NCBI GenBank assembly: GCA_964016885.1 | Contig: OZ024743.1 | Location: 368,652,001-368,716,000 of the forward strand | From: Eledone cirrhosa | Taxonomy: Eukaryota | Direction: 5' to 3' | DNA length: 64,000 nt | Shown: positions 49,787-62,744 of the stretch, in pieces | Position numbering within the stretch: position 1 is the first letter of the stretch | How the letters are laid out: each line of letters starts with the position of its first letter | Program-made: the position numbers and the translations under genes | The notes under the pieces: generated by a model | Told to the model about the DNA's origin: nothing | Database searches by the model: none | What the model saw: only the letters and a program-made list of their open reading frames with translations

Positions 49787-50097
49787 TCCTTTGTCAGTGA
49801 TGAACAAAAGGGCAACGATGGTTGCCGAACACTGTACGGCTTAATTCGGGCTGTTTGTTTACAAACAAACCGAACATTATAATATATATATATATATATA
49901 TGCAGAGGTTATATTTAATTTGTTGGGATTCAACAAGCTTAAAAATAGTTAACTTTAAACCTTAATACTGTTAACTTTAATTCCAATCACTCGAGATCCA
50001 TTAAGAACACTATTGTAAATTCTGTGCAGCAACGTATCTCTAGAATCTCAGCGAATAAAAATATAACGAAGCTTTAAGTAGAGCAGGCTATAATAAT

Positions 50098-50283
50098 TGT
50101 TTCTACGTTAGGTACAAGGCCAGCAATTACCCAGTGTATTACTGGTACTTTATTTTATCGACCCCGTAAGGATGAAAGGCAAAGTTAACCTCGGCGGGAT
50201 TTGAACTCAGAATGGCAAGGGCCGTAACTCTATGCGTCAAAGCATGGCGTCCGACCCTCTACCAATACTGCCAATCCACCGCC
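50098..50283 (-). mobile_element. Young Meta/MESC-type tRNA SINE with a 19-bp TSD, inserted in the PLE ORF
   Basis: tagagcaggctataataat at 50079-97 and 50284-302; A box ggattggcagtattgg, B box gagttcaaatcc. Confidence 0.88.
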
Positions 50284-52623
50284 TAGAGCAGGCTATAATA
50301 ATGAAATTAAATATATTGATAATAAGGATGTGCCAATTAACCATAACTATAATTATAATTATAATAGGAAACCTTGCAATAACTCGAAAATCAAAAGAAG
50401 AAATAGAACTAGAAAATATATTATGGTTCGCTTCCCCTTTCTCATTAAGTATTAAAATTCCAATAGCTAAACTATTTTTTAAAGCTTTAGATAACTGTTT
50501 TCCTAAGACGCACAGGTATTACTCAATATTTAATAGACATACTATTAAATTATCATACTCTACCACTATGAATTTAGCGCAGAATATTAATAGAATTAAT
50601 AATAGAAACTTAAAACTTAACCAGAATAGTATTAATACCTCTAGCAATATCCAATATAATGATATAGCTCCCAATAATATAAATTCCGATAAATGTAATT
50701 GTAGAAATAAATATAACTGTCCTCTAAATAATAACTGTTTAGTTAAAAATATAGTATACAATTGTAATGTCAAAACCAAAGATAATTCCTTCAACTATGT
50801 CGGCTCTACTTCGACAGACTTCAAATCTCGTTTCAATAACCATAAATGTTCTTTTACGAATATTACCAAGAAATCTTCAACTTCTCTATCCAACTTATTA
50901 TGGAATTTAAAATCCAAGAATATAAAATACTCTTTATCTTGGAAAATTGTCTCCAAAGCACCATGCTACACAGGTTTATCCAAATTTTGTAATCTTTGTG
51001 TAGAGGAAATATTCTTTATACTAAAATCTAAGAACTCTGTTAATTTGCGAAATAATTTATTTAGTTCTTGTAAACATCGGTTAAACTCAACTTTTAGATA
51101 TATATATAAAATGTAATATATGTTCATTCTTCCTTACATAACGTTTTTCTCCATCCAAACACTTATATAGATTCTAACCTTCCTAAATATATAAAGTACA
51201 CTTATTAATTTTAATTTACTCCTTAAAACCTTTACTTTCTAATATGTATATTATCGCACTCTCCAGAAATTCTTTTATTAAAATATTTTGAAAAATTCTA
51301 AAAATTTCCTTCAAAACACCTCCTGGAAATTTCTGAAAGGTTCTTTTGAAAGATATGAATTTCCATTACCCTTACATATTCTAAACATGCTTAATACTTA
51401 TGTATTTTCTTATATATCCAACTATTTTTAATACTTATGTATTTTCATATATATCCAATCATTTATATTATTTTTATATATATGTGCAATAATTATGTCT
51501 TATATTTTAATCATATCTTAATTATATTTTAAGATGAATTTTTATAACTTCTTATAACTTTCGTAGTGATTTTTATCTATCTTTGAATCATTTGGGTTTT
51601 TTTTTAAATCCCTTTTTAACTCCCTTTAAACTTCCTTGTTGTTTTTATTATCTCAATCTTTATAGTCTTAATTTATAGTCGAAACTCTAAACTGTTTTAA
51701 TATATACTCCTATTTAAATAATTTTTCCTTTCTAAACTCTCGTAAATCTTCATAAATATTTGATGTTTAAGATTTGACTAAATATAATTTTGCTAAACTT
51801 ACTTTAATCAATTAAACTATACCTGGTTTTTTTCCAATGCAAAATATTATACATTCAAATAATTTATAACCTATAACCTAAAATAATCATCTAAACCTAT
51901 ATAGTATTAATACATCTTAATAAATTTTAAATACTTCTTTTTGTAATATATCTTATTGAAATTATTTAAATTTTAATTAAATTCTAATTAAATTTCTGGT
52001 TAAATTTTTAACTAAATATAACAATACTCTTTTGTAAAGTTTTCTTATCAATAATTTAACTGAATTTTTTAACTTTACCTTTATAAGTAATATAAACACA
52101 ACATAACGAATAATATGTTTACATTCTGAACACTCATCTATATAAATTTATTTCTTCTCTCGCCTCGCCCATCTTTCTCTTCCCCCCCCCCCTCTCACTA
52201 ATCCTTCTCCCTCTTTTTCCAATACTTTTTCAACATTCTTTTCTCTCTCCCGCACAATACTTTTTTCTTTCTCTCTCCATCTCAATTATTTGTTCTTTCC
52301 TTCACTCTCTCTCAATATTATATCTTTTCTCTTTTTCTTCTATCTCTCTTTTTCTCTCTCTATTCTCTTTATCTCTCTCCCTCTCAATTTTTTGTCTCTC
52401 TCCTTTTTACATCTATCTTGTCTCTCTCCCTATTACATCTATTTTCTTCCAACAGTTTAATTTAAATAAACCGTTGTTTTTTTTCAATTTTTCCGACACT
52501 CATTTGCATACTCACTCACAAATTTGTATCACCCTCAAGTATCTCCACTATCCACCGAATTTCAACCGTTGAGGTTGTCTTTTTTCCGGGTATGTCAATA
52601 TTTATTTATAAAACAAATCTGTA

Positions 52624-52685
52624 TTTTATCTGTTGAAAGCGCACCATAATTTACCTTGGTCGCCCTTGAAATATATATAATAAAA
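52624..52685 (+). ncRNA. Hammerhead-like motif with an A6-to-U core variant
   Basis: ttttat-CTGTTGA-aagcgcacc..ggtcgccctt-GAAA-tatata-TA-ataaaa. Confidence 0.55.
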
Positions 52686-52742
52686 TAATTATAGTTTTAT
52701 AAATATAGTTTCCATTTATTAATATATTGTATATATATATAC

Positions 52743-52917
<175 letters not shown>

Positions 52918-53766
52918 GCGGTTCTTGCACGTGACTGCTGGACCCGGATGAAACGAAGAAGAAGAATTTCCTTGCGTACCGTTTTGTACCACAGATGCGA
53001 TCTCACCCTGCCTCGTTAATGTCCTATCGACACCAAAGTTCAACGTTCGGGTGAATAGAATTGAATCCAACCACCCACAACATAGCTGGATGACCGATAA
53101 TCACACCAAACCGGAGTACTGTGATCCTTGTGATCTCCAGATATACAACCACTGACACTGTTACGAAGACCAGAAAACCATACTCCATAATATTGAACCA
53201 AGTGATTGATTTGTGCGACCAAAATAACACCACACACATATTGAACTAGGAATATTGGATCCTCCGTCAATGTCCGGGTGAGCAAAAATAGATTTCTATC
53301 TGCATTGGAATTTACGAACTTGTGCATCTGCTGTGGTGTCAAAAACAAACGCGCATGACCGCACAGATAAACAATGGACCATGCCACGTGGCTTGAACCC
53401 GTAAGTGAATTGAAGGTTCTGCAACTCTGATACACAGATTATTTATTATTAAGATGTATAAACTTGACATAACTATTATCATCTTATATTCTCTCAACTA
53501 ATCACACTTGATCATATTTCTCTATCCCGTTTTCTCCCCCCATAATTATTATATTTTTTATTATTATTTAAAAAAATCGGTTTTTTTTACATTGTGTTTT
53601 CCCCTCCAAATATTCGCTTATATTTCTTTATATATTCTCTATATATATTTTTTTATCTTTATTATTTCCACTTTTATCCTCCTTTATATTTTACCTTATT
53701 CTTACTTTTATACCTTATTATAGTGTAATCTTCCCCATGCCTTATTATACACTATTAATAGATTAT

Positions 53767-53960
53767 GGTCAGTGGATTGGCAGTATCGGTAGAGGGTCGG
53801 ACGCCATGCTTTGACGCATAGAGTTACGGCCCTTGCCATTCTGAGTTCAAATCCCGCCGAGGTTAACTTTGCCTTTCATCCTTATGGGGTCGATAAAATA
53901 AAGTACCAGTAATACACTGGGTAATTGCTGGCCTTGTGCCAAAAGTAGAAACAATTAATT
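53767..53960 (+). mobile_element. Young Meta/MESC-type tRNA SINE with a 9-bp TSD
   Basis: atagattat at 53758-66 and 53961-69; near-identical to 50098-50283. Confidence 0.88.
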
Positions 53961-54297
53961 ATAGATTATTATTATTACTCTTTTTCCATTTCTAATTACC
54001 TCATGTACTTTCTCCTCCGCTATATATATATATATATATATTGTATGCCCTTTGTGTTTGTGTAGCCTCTGCGCACCCTCTGCACCATACTATCGACGCC
54101 ACCCCATCTATGGTTCAGCTAACCACCCGACTCCCGGGAATGAATATGACCGCAGCTAGTAAACAAGGACCCACACCCCACCCTCCCGCACCAAAATTAG
54201 ACTTATCGTCCCCTACTTTTGCTCTTTACTCTCTTTACTCTTTGTTCTTGAATGTTTGGTTGGTAGAGTCCATAACACCAATCAAACCCCTTTTATA

Positions 54298-54342
54298 GCT
54301 CTGACGAATCCTACGGTTGCGTAAGGAAGAAACATTGTAAGC
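54298..54342 (+). ncRNA. Hammerhead candidate in a (TA)n-flanked insert (54041-54388)
   Basis: gct-CTGACGA-a TCCT ACG gttg CGT a AGGA a-GAAA-cattg-TA-agc; stem I is short. Confidence 0.6.
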
Positions 54343-54395
54343 CAATAAAAATCTTTTGATGTTGTAGACGCTCTTGTTTTCTTTTTCATATATAT

Positions 54396-54458
<63 letters not shown>

Positions 54459-54623
54459 TAGATAGATAAATATACACGGTTGTGTATGATTGTGTATAGA
54501 AGATTATATTAATAAAAGAAATTCCAACTTTGTCTGATTTACTCGTTTTATTTACAATCCTTTAAAATTTATAATGGTATTAGAATGAAATAGTATGGTA
54601 GAATATTAAATGTTAAGTGTTAA

Positions 54624-54664
54624 TTGAACAAGTACTTTCATGCTTTCGCAATCTTCAGGTTCAA
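54624..54664 (-). ncRNA. Minimal hammerhead ribozyme candidate
   Basis: Minus strand ttgaac-CTGAAGA-t TGC gaaa GCA t-GAAA-GTAC-TT-gttcaa; perfect stem I, palindromic AGTACT stem III. Confidence 0.8.
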
Positions 54665-54703
54665 AATGTGTGGTGACAGTCAAGTTTGCAATTTTCAACT
54701 GTG

Positions 54704-54767
<64 letters not shown>

Positions 54768-54967
54768 TCTGCTACAAGAGGGATTTGACACGGCTAACTG
54801 GCCTACACCTCCTCATAGTGGTGCCTTCCAGTTCTGGGCTCCAAAACCATTGGCTCTACTGTGAAATGGGTTCAGTGTGGCTATCTGGCCTGTCCTCTTC
54901 AATGATTTCATACTGTAAATGTGGTTGGTATTAGAATGGATGTAAAACGGTGATGATGATGATAATA

Positions 54968-55362
54968 TAGAATAAGAAAATGCAGAGTAATTGCAGATGT
55001 TAAAGTCCTTTATTGATAAGGCTGTGTTACATATTTCAATAAGGCTGTGTTACATATTTCAATGATCACAGTGGCCACGCAATTCCGCATAACCAGATTT
55101 TATCAGACAGCTCTATTAGATAATAAGGTTATGTACTTGAGGCAATCCAAATTAAAACAACAAGGGAATGGACAAAGAAGATGTTTTTGAAGTCTTCACC
55201 TGTTCCCTGTGAGCCCTAATTCACTTCCACAGCTTTGTGCTGGCACAATCAATAAAGGATTTTAACATACTTCACACTTTCTTATTCTAAATATACTCTG
55301 TCATTCCTATGTGGAAAAAGTACGTGGAGTGCTTGAATTGAATTGCATCAATTTTTACCGTA
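54968..55362. mobile_element. Second copy of the 32885-33210 family, with a long inverted arm and decayed hammerhead (55044-55111, minus)
   Basis: Shares the tail cctatgtggaaaaagtacgt.gagtgcttgaattgaattgcatcaat; the body is reverse-complemented relative to the first copy. Confidence 0.7.
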
Positions 55363-56269
55363 AATATATATATATATATACAAATATAATTTCAGCGAGA
55401 TCATATTTCGGCGGTGGCCAAAACAAAATGAAATGCAATCTTCGAGATATGCCGCCAAGTGCTCAATGAATTAAGAAGAAACCAGAGTAATTAATATGTG
55501 TTAGAAAAGCCAGATGAAATGAAAACAATGGTTGTAAAGTCAGCAGCCACCGTAGCCAAAAAAACGAATCAAGCTATATATATATATATATATGCATTTG
55601 TATTTATATACCAGTTATGTTGGAAACGACCCATCACTACCCTCTCACTAAATATCTGACCTTGTGGCTATGCTGGAAACAATTGTTATATTTATTCACT
55701 TAAATTCAATATGTGTATTCATCACATGCCATATAATCATCTAGACAATGGCAGAGTGATATAACAAGAAGGTTACTTATTACATTTGCAAGAGACATGT
55801 AAATATAACAAAAATATAGCCTTCAACAAAGTCATGTTATAGACTCTTAACTTCTGGTGAAGTCTTAGGGGCACTGTAGTGATATTTAAGTGCCCACTGC
55901 CTTGAGCATTTAAACCTGGTAGAGCCCATCCCTCTCCAGTTTTGAACATATCCAATTTCTTCCAGAGAAACAGAGAGAGAAAGTTGGGGATATCTGCATT
56001 TCAATGAGTATATTTATGTGTTTAATCATGTGTGCATTTGTTTCTATATTTGTTCATATGACTAAAACAGATATATAGAGACATAATCGGCCCTAGTACT
56101 GGACTTGTATTTTATTTATCAACCTGAAAAGGATGAACGGTGAAGTTGATCTTAACAAGGTTTGAACTTAGAAGTACGTTGTATCTATTGTTCTAACAAC
56201 TCTCCCAATTCACTTTCATTTTAACATAGTACATGAAATAATAATGTTTAGGATCCAGTTATATCAACA

Positions 56270-56820
56270 TTATCATCTTCATCATCATCATTTTATGGCT
56301 GTTGTTCCATGCTTGCATGGGTTGGACAGGTCCTTCGCAGTACAGCATTTCTCCACTTGTTGCATTCCTCTGTCATCTCTTCTGTGACCGTCAGCGATTG
56401 AGATCAGTGCTGACCACTTCCATCCAGGTCTTCCTTGGTCTACTTCTACTATGGCTTCCTTCCACTGGGATTACTTGGCAATCATCATCCATATGCATCA
56501 CATGTCCATACCAATGTAGTTTCCTCTCCTGCACACAACATTTGATTCTTCTTATACCCAGATTATTTCAGTTCATTCATGCTTTGTTGTTCTCACACAT
56601 TAGCATTGCACATTCATTGAAGCATCTTGCCTCATTTCTCTCCAGCCTTTGTATGTCTTCTGCATTCACCACTCATGTCTCACTACCCATGCAGGATCAC
56701 ACTTCACACACAGGCGTCAAACAACCAACCTTTCGTTTGTAGGGAGAGACCTTTTGTAGTCAACAGAGTTAGTAGTTCCCTAAATTTCTTTCATTCTGTC
56801 CTTATTCTATCTACCATGTT
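56270..56820 (-). pseudogene. Old RTE 3' fragment
   Basis: Reverse complement of WKKFRELL..KGRL.DACV..LHWYGHV..GRPRKTW-type sequence; (cat)n tail. Confidence 0.8.
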
Positions 56821-59669
56821 ATCATGTAGAAAAATTGATATGCAATATATGGGTATTACAAGTAAGGACATTTGGGTTACTGCTTGGAGTCACCAGATTA
56901 TTGTTGTTTAGTTACAGGTCAACTCTGATTGAGCAGATCTATAATCAAAAGTATTTCAGAACTCATTACAGTTTTTATTTGTAGACATAGTGTATATAGA
57001 ACAGCAGTTCTAAACTTGGGGGTCTGTGTATCCCAAAGAATCCACAAACACAGGGCTAGGTGTCTGAGTTTAAAATTCTAAATACTTTGGTAAAATCATA
57101 TTTTTCAGAGGCTATTGGGCATACATTTTTTTCTAAGCATAAACATTTTTCTCTTTAGATTTTTATTCTCACTATATGAGAAAAGTAATTGTAGTTGGCG
57201 TGGGGAGCGTTCTACATAAAAATTCAATTTATCCTTTTGATACAATCTCACATAACACTGCATGTGGTTCTATGAAACAAAATCACCAATTTTAAATGGT
57301 TCCTGTTTAAATAGAAATCTTCTAACATTAATTAATACAAGAGTTTCTTCATAAGTTGTTACAAATACCATTTTGATGAAATATCAAGATGGTATTAGTA
57401 ACAACTTAGGGTTAAGTAAAAATGAGTCCTTGTTGAAAAGTACTACTTTATCCAATATGCTGTTCCTTTTCTAAGACAGTAAGGTGCTATTTGAGGGCAA
57501 TTCGGCTGCTATTTCAAGCAGGTCGAGTGAGCACTCTTGCATTAATTTGTGAGTCATCACATATTTCTTTTCAATTTTCATTTTCTTAATTAATCCATGT
57601 GCCAATTGTTAATGGGATTGTTATTGCCTTCATCTGTATGGTTGTTATATTTCCAAGTCATTATACTTGGCTAATTTACAAATAACTTCATGAGAGAAAT
57701 TGTTTGTCTACAGGGATGGCCATATTTATCATAAGCAATGTCCTATATTTTAGGACTTGCTCTGATCAATAGCACAAGTTTGCCTTTTTTAGCTGAATGT
57801 CATCCATAGTGCTAACTACTTAACCAGGAAGAGTAAATTGTTTCATATGACTAATACACCCATGTCTATGAAAATATTTTAATCTATACGTCTACACTTT
57901 TTCAATCAGTTTTGACCCCCAATTGTCAGCAGGTATCTTATTTCTGGTTGTGTACATAGTATCAGGCTAGATTTGAACTAGGAAACTATATTTCTAAATT
58001 AAGTATAATAAAGCTCTTATACATAATACTCAACATATCATTCTCTGCTGTTTCTTTGAAAACAGAGTGAAGTGACTTGAAAAAAGGGAATTTTAATACC
58101 AGATATATTTTTATCTAGGATTTAAAGAAACGTTATATCAAAACCAGAGTGTTTGGGTAGAGAGAATACTTTGATGTCCATTAGAGGCATCTTTAAGGAT
58201 GGAATGACTCTTACTTCTGCTTCTGGGACATTTTAGAGACTTACCCTGGAAACCGTTTCTGTTGGCAGATTAAACTTAGTGAGAGACTGGACACTTGGAG
58301 AGGAGATGGGCACCACCAAGTACTTCTAAGGCCTACTGGAATGCCATGCTGGACACATAGACAAATGCCTAGATTGACACCCCAACGACTGGATGTACCA
58401 GTTGCAGAAATTTGATTCATTTGATTCATTTGATCTATTAGGTAACTGACACGTGCATAATTAATGTTTAAATTTAGATTATTAAAAGCAGTAATATTGA
58501 GTTGATATTAGCACTGGACTTATTGATTGGGTTATCAACAAATATTTATTGATAGATTATCCTTAGTTTTTTCAGATTTTACAGTTTTATTATATGGAGA
58601 TTCCATACCAGTGTGGTATCTGATTTCTCCTCTTATCCCTTATATCTTCAACCATTCTTACCTTAGATGTTTCTCCTCTTATTAAAGCTTCTCAATGTTC
58701 CTCTATTCTGGCATTTAGGGCCCTCCCAGATTCCTCTTTATAAAACCTTCTACAAATACACAGATTTAATTTAAGTAGTGAGAAATTTGCAATCTGTAGT
58801 TTTACATTTTAAGACAGTTCTGGTGTTATATGTGTTGCAGATTCTTAAAATGTTTTCAGACTCCTTGCAGGAATTTGGTTTGATCTCCACTTTATTTTTT
58901 AAAGTGTCAGTGGAACAAATATGATGGGATGGGTATTTTATATTTGTCAAGCAACCCAAGCAAGAGTTATGAGTCTTGTTCAATGGGTATAACAAATGGT
59001 CATGGTAGTATGGTCTGACCCATCTTGTGGTCACTCATATCTAGTCACCAAATTATCTATTTGTGGTATATTAATAAAATATGTTAAAAATAGCTAGCTG
59101 TTTTTTGGTGGTGTTTATGGTAAAATATACATTTTCTTCAAACAAATATATTATTGAATAGTTATAAGTATTTGCAAGGGGGAATATATTTATATTGAAG
59201 ATAAAATTATAGATATGGTAAAAGGCACCTCTTCAAACAACTTCAGCCTAAAATTACAAACAAAAGATACGTTATGTATTTGTATTGTAGATCAAAGCAC
59301 AAACAATTTTCAGATTTTTATGATTTATTTCAGATAGATTTTTTTGAAAGTTCCAAACAATTTCACAGATTTGTTATATATATTTATGGCTTTGTACATG
59401 TTGCAAAAATCAACATTATTCAAAATGAGCCAACAATGGAGCCTCTATGGAGTTTCTTGACATGCAAGAAATAGCAGCTAAATATTTCTCAAATAACAGC
59501 CCACTATCTTAAAAGAAGAAAAGACATATTAGATAATGTAGACCTAAATATATTATGACCTGAAATTGGACAACAACAAGAGAAATATTGTCAACATTTC
59601 TTATGGTAATTATTTTCATATTGATTTGTTACATTGTGTGACAAGGTGACATGCTTACAAAAGAAGGAC

Positions 59670-60850
59670 ATAGTTAATGTAGTCCATTCCATACGTGTTT
59701 GTACATCAGGTGGCAGTTCTCCTTCAGAGCTTGGTTCTATGTTCTATGTTTTCCTAGTGTCTATTGACAGCCTTGAGATCCTGAAGTGTTGTTTAATACA
59801 TTGTCACTTGTTCTCTTTGTCATCTCTTCCCCCTTCTTCCCCTTGTTGTTGTCTATTGCAAAACTGTTTTTACATATCGAGGATCCAGCCTGACTGTCAC
59901 AGAACATGACTAGCCAGTCATATTCTTTATCCATCACCATATCTTGGAGTCCTTGCAACCTATGTTCTTCTTAAGATTTCTTCATTTCTGATATGATCTT
60001 GGTAGGAAATTCTGAGGATTTTCTTCAAGCACCTTTGATGAAAGATATCCAACCATATGGTGATTTTTGCAGTATTCTGCCATGTTTTTCTTGCATATAG
60101 TAACATTGATATTGTAATGGTATTGTTTGTACAGGCAGATACTGATGTTGTTGTCTAGTGCGTTCATGGACTAAGATTTTGTGTATTTGCTGAAATACTA
60201 GTTTCTAATTTAGGTGCAAGACCAGAAATTGTAAGTAGAAGGGAAATTCAATTAAATCAATCCCAGTGCTTGACTGGTACTTTATTTTATTAACCCCACA
60301 AGGATGAAAGGCAAAGTTGACCTCCATGAGATCTGAAAACAGAATCTAAAGAGCCATAATTAAATACCATAAAGCATGTTATCCAATGCTTTAATTCTGC
60401 TGATCCAATATTCTTTAAGTGCTGAAATATTACCATTGGACTTCCAATTTTACATTTGACATTAGTTTCAGAATCTCCATCATATTACAAATCCCTGCTA
60501 AGGTATACATGTATTATATACACATGTGCACACATACGCATGCACACACACATGTATGTACACATATGTACTCACTGATGTATATACATGTTGCTCACAC
60601 ATATGCATGTATACATGCAGGTATATACACATGTGCACACACTCACATGCAGCAGAGTGGATTTGTGTACAGGTCCTTGAAGATGGCGATGAATTTCACA
60701 CAGGAATGGCATACGGGAGCACAATGTCCACAGCGATTCCTGATGCACTCTGTTGAATGCCTTCTGCAAATCAATAAAGTTGACCGCCAAAGTTTGCTGG
60801 AGTTCAACGCATTGCTCGAGGATGTTATTTAGTGCGAAGATCTGTTTAGT
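59670..60850 (-). pseudogene. Fragmented old RTE-like LINE, interrupted by a SINE (~60200-60410) and microsatellite
   Basis: FIDLQKAFNRVH (60572-60790) and LDIFHQRCLKKILRISYQDHIRNEEILRRT remnants. Confidence 0.7.
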
Positions 60851-60867
60851 GCAATCTAAAATCTGTT

Positions 60868-61085
60868 TAGTAGTAGTGGTAGTGGTGGCAGTGGCGGTGG
60901 TGGCAGTGGTGGTGGTGGTGGTGGTGGTGGTGGGGGTGATGGTAGTGATGGTTCTGGTAGTGTTGGTGGTGCTGGTGGTGCTGGTGGTGGTGGTGGTGGT
61001 GTTGGTGGTGGTGTTGGTGGTGCTGGTGGAGGCAGTGGGGTGGTATTACGATGATGATGATGATGATGAGGAGGAGGAGGAGGAG
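60868..61085. repeat. (GGT)n/(GAT)n/(GAG)n compound trinucleotide repeat
   Basis: Read directly from the sequence. Confidence 0.95.
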
Positions 61086-61684
61086 ATTGTATTCTTCTAT
61101 TGAGAATCGTCTGAAGGTCACCAAATCTTTAGCAATGCTAAGGACTAAAAATGCTGATTATACAGTGAATATTAACATCACATTTGGAGAGTTAATTTAG
61201 CAAGCTTTAAACAATTTATTATCAAATTACTTTAAGATATTTTCTTAAATTTTCTTTTATATTTTTTTTTATTTTTGCTGTTTTTTTTTCTTTCATTTTG
61301 ATGAACAATCATTTAAAATTTATAATATATCTTGGGTATAATATTGTGTTTTTTAATAAATATAGTAAATCAATTGTAGTTTCTATACTTGAGCATCTAT
61401 AAATTTATTTCATAAGTTTGATGGTTCGAGCTTTGCACACTATGTTTATTTAGTTATTTTAATTATTTTGTATACACATTGTTCCCACACAAGGCCTCAG
61501 AGAGAACAACATATTTGTAATATCAGAGCTGTGATCTCTCAATTCATAAAAGTAGTGACTCTGATTTCTGAGCTATGCACTCTATCGAGTAATGTTACTC
61601 AAATGACCCTTTGGAGGAACCCTATTTTGTGATCATATCCTTTTGATTATTACCCAAGATTCATGACCATATAAAATTACTTTT

Positions 61685-61880
61685 GATGGATTGGTAGTGG
61701 ATCAGATGCCATGCTTTGCAGCATATAGTTATGGCCCTTTATGTTCTGAGTTCAAATTCCATCGAGGTTAACTTTGCCTTTCATTCTTATGGGGTCGATA
61801 AAATAAAGTACCAGTAATGCACTGGTGTAAATTTAATTGACTTTTTAACACCCCCAAATTGTTGGCCTTGTGCCTAAATC
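61685..61880 (+). mobile_element. Meta/MESC-type SINE
   Basis: gttctgagttcaaattcc..ttaactttgcctttcattcttatggggtcgataaaataaagtaccag. Confidence 0.75.
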
Positions 61881-61899
61881 AAAAACCAGAGCAAAATAG

Positions 61900-62340
61900 C
61901 ATAAGCAAACTGAGAGAAAAACTTGGCATAAGAGGAATTGGATGTAGTGTGCAAGAGAGAAGACTGCATTGGTATGGTGCATGGTAGATAACAGTTGCAT
62001 AAAGAAATGCAGAGATGCCTTAGTTGCCAGGACCTGTGGAAGAGGTAGACCCAGGAAGACATGGGATTAGGTTATGAAGGCTGACATTAAGAAACTAAAC
62101 CTCACAACAGAAATGACTAAAGATCATGAAAGCTGGTACAAAGTGGTGCTAAAGAAGACCCGACCTGCAACATACAATTTGGCTTGACTCCACCTTTTCC
62201 ACCACAGCTATCATCCCCAAAACCACTACAACCCTCACCACACATAGCCAATGCCCCTTCTCCATAAATGCACTTAGCTGCTGTCCCCTTGTAAAGTGGT
62301 TGGTGTTAGGAAGGGTATCCAGCCAGAGAAGGCTTGCCAA
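61900..62340 (+). pseudogene. Old RTE 3' fragment
   Basis: LREKLGIRGIGCSVQERRLHWYG..RGRPRKTWD. Confidence 0.8.
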
Positions 62341-62744
62341 CAAAGGGTTGGGAGGACCCTTCAGTCATGCCAAGTACATGACAGCCTCCCAAGTATTAGG
62401 GATCTACATGATAAACACACTCAGTACACACTGTAAAATGGTTGGGGATAGAAATGGCACACAAACACACTATCACACACATCATCCAGATCGTATATAG
62501 ATAGGTTTTTCATTAGGACAATTGATAAGAATAGTGTAGGTTGTCTACACTTTTAAATGGTCACCTATTCAGATCACAAGTTTGTGAGCTGTATGATCAA
62601 CCTAGATAAGACGCACAAGTTAGACCTGGTTATTGGAAGCTGGACATGTTGTTTCTGGCACGTAAAACTTTTCAATTTAACAATTTAGTTAAGCAAAAGT
62701 TGACATGGTGGGAGGGGGGTGGGGTGGTCAACAACAAGTGGTGG

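Larger units (their letters stand above)
49902..52725 (+). mobile_element. Penelope-like element, 5'-truncated: RT thumb + GIY-YIG + long AT-rich 3' region with a terminal hammerhead-like motif
   Basis: ILWFASPFS..FPKTHRYYSIFNRHTIKLSYS..CNCRNKYNCPLNNNC..IVY..YVGSTSTDFKSRFNNH..CNLCVEE (ORF 50232-51116; its N-terminus is SINE-derived); (TA)n at both ends. Confidence 0.88.

Noticed and set aside
58241-58429. Possible host exon (minus strand, ends at ggtaagt; WGVNLGICLC is faintly ArfGAP-like)
   Set aside because: It lacks the CxxC pairs, has no partner exons and no clear acceptor, so I cannot support it.
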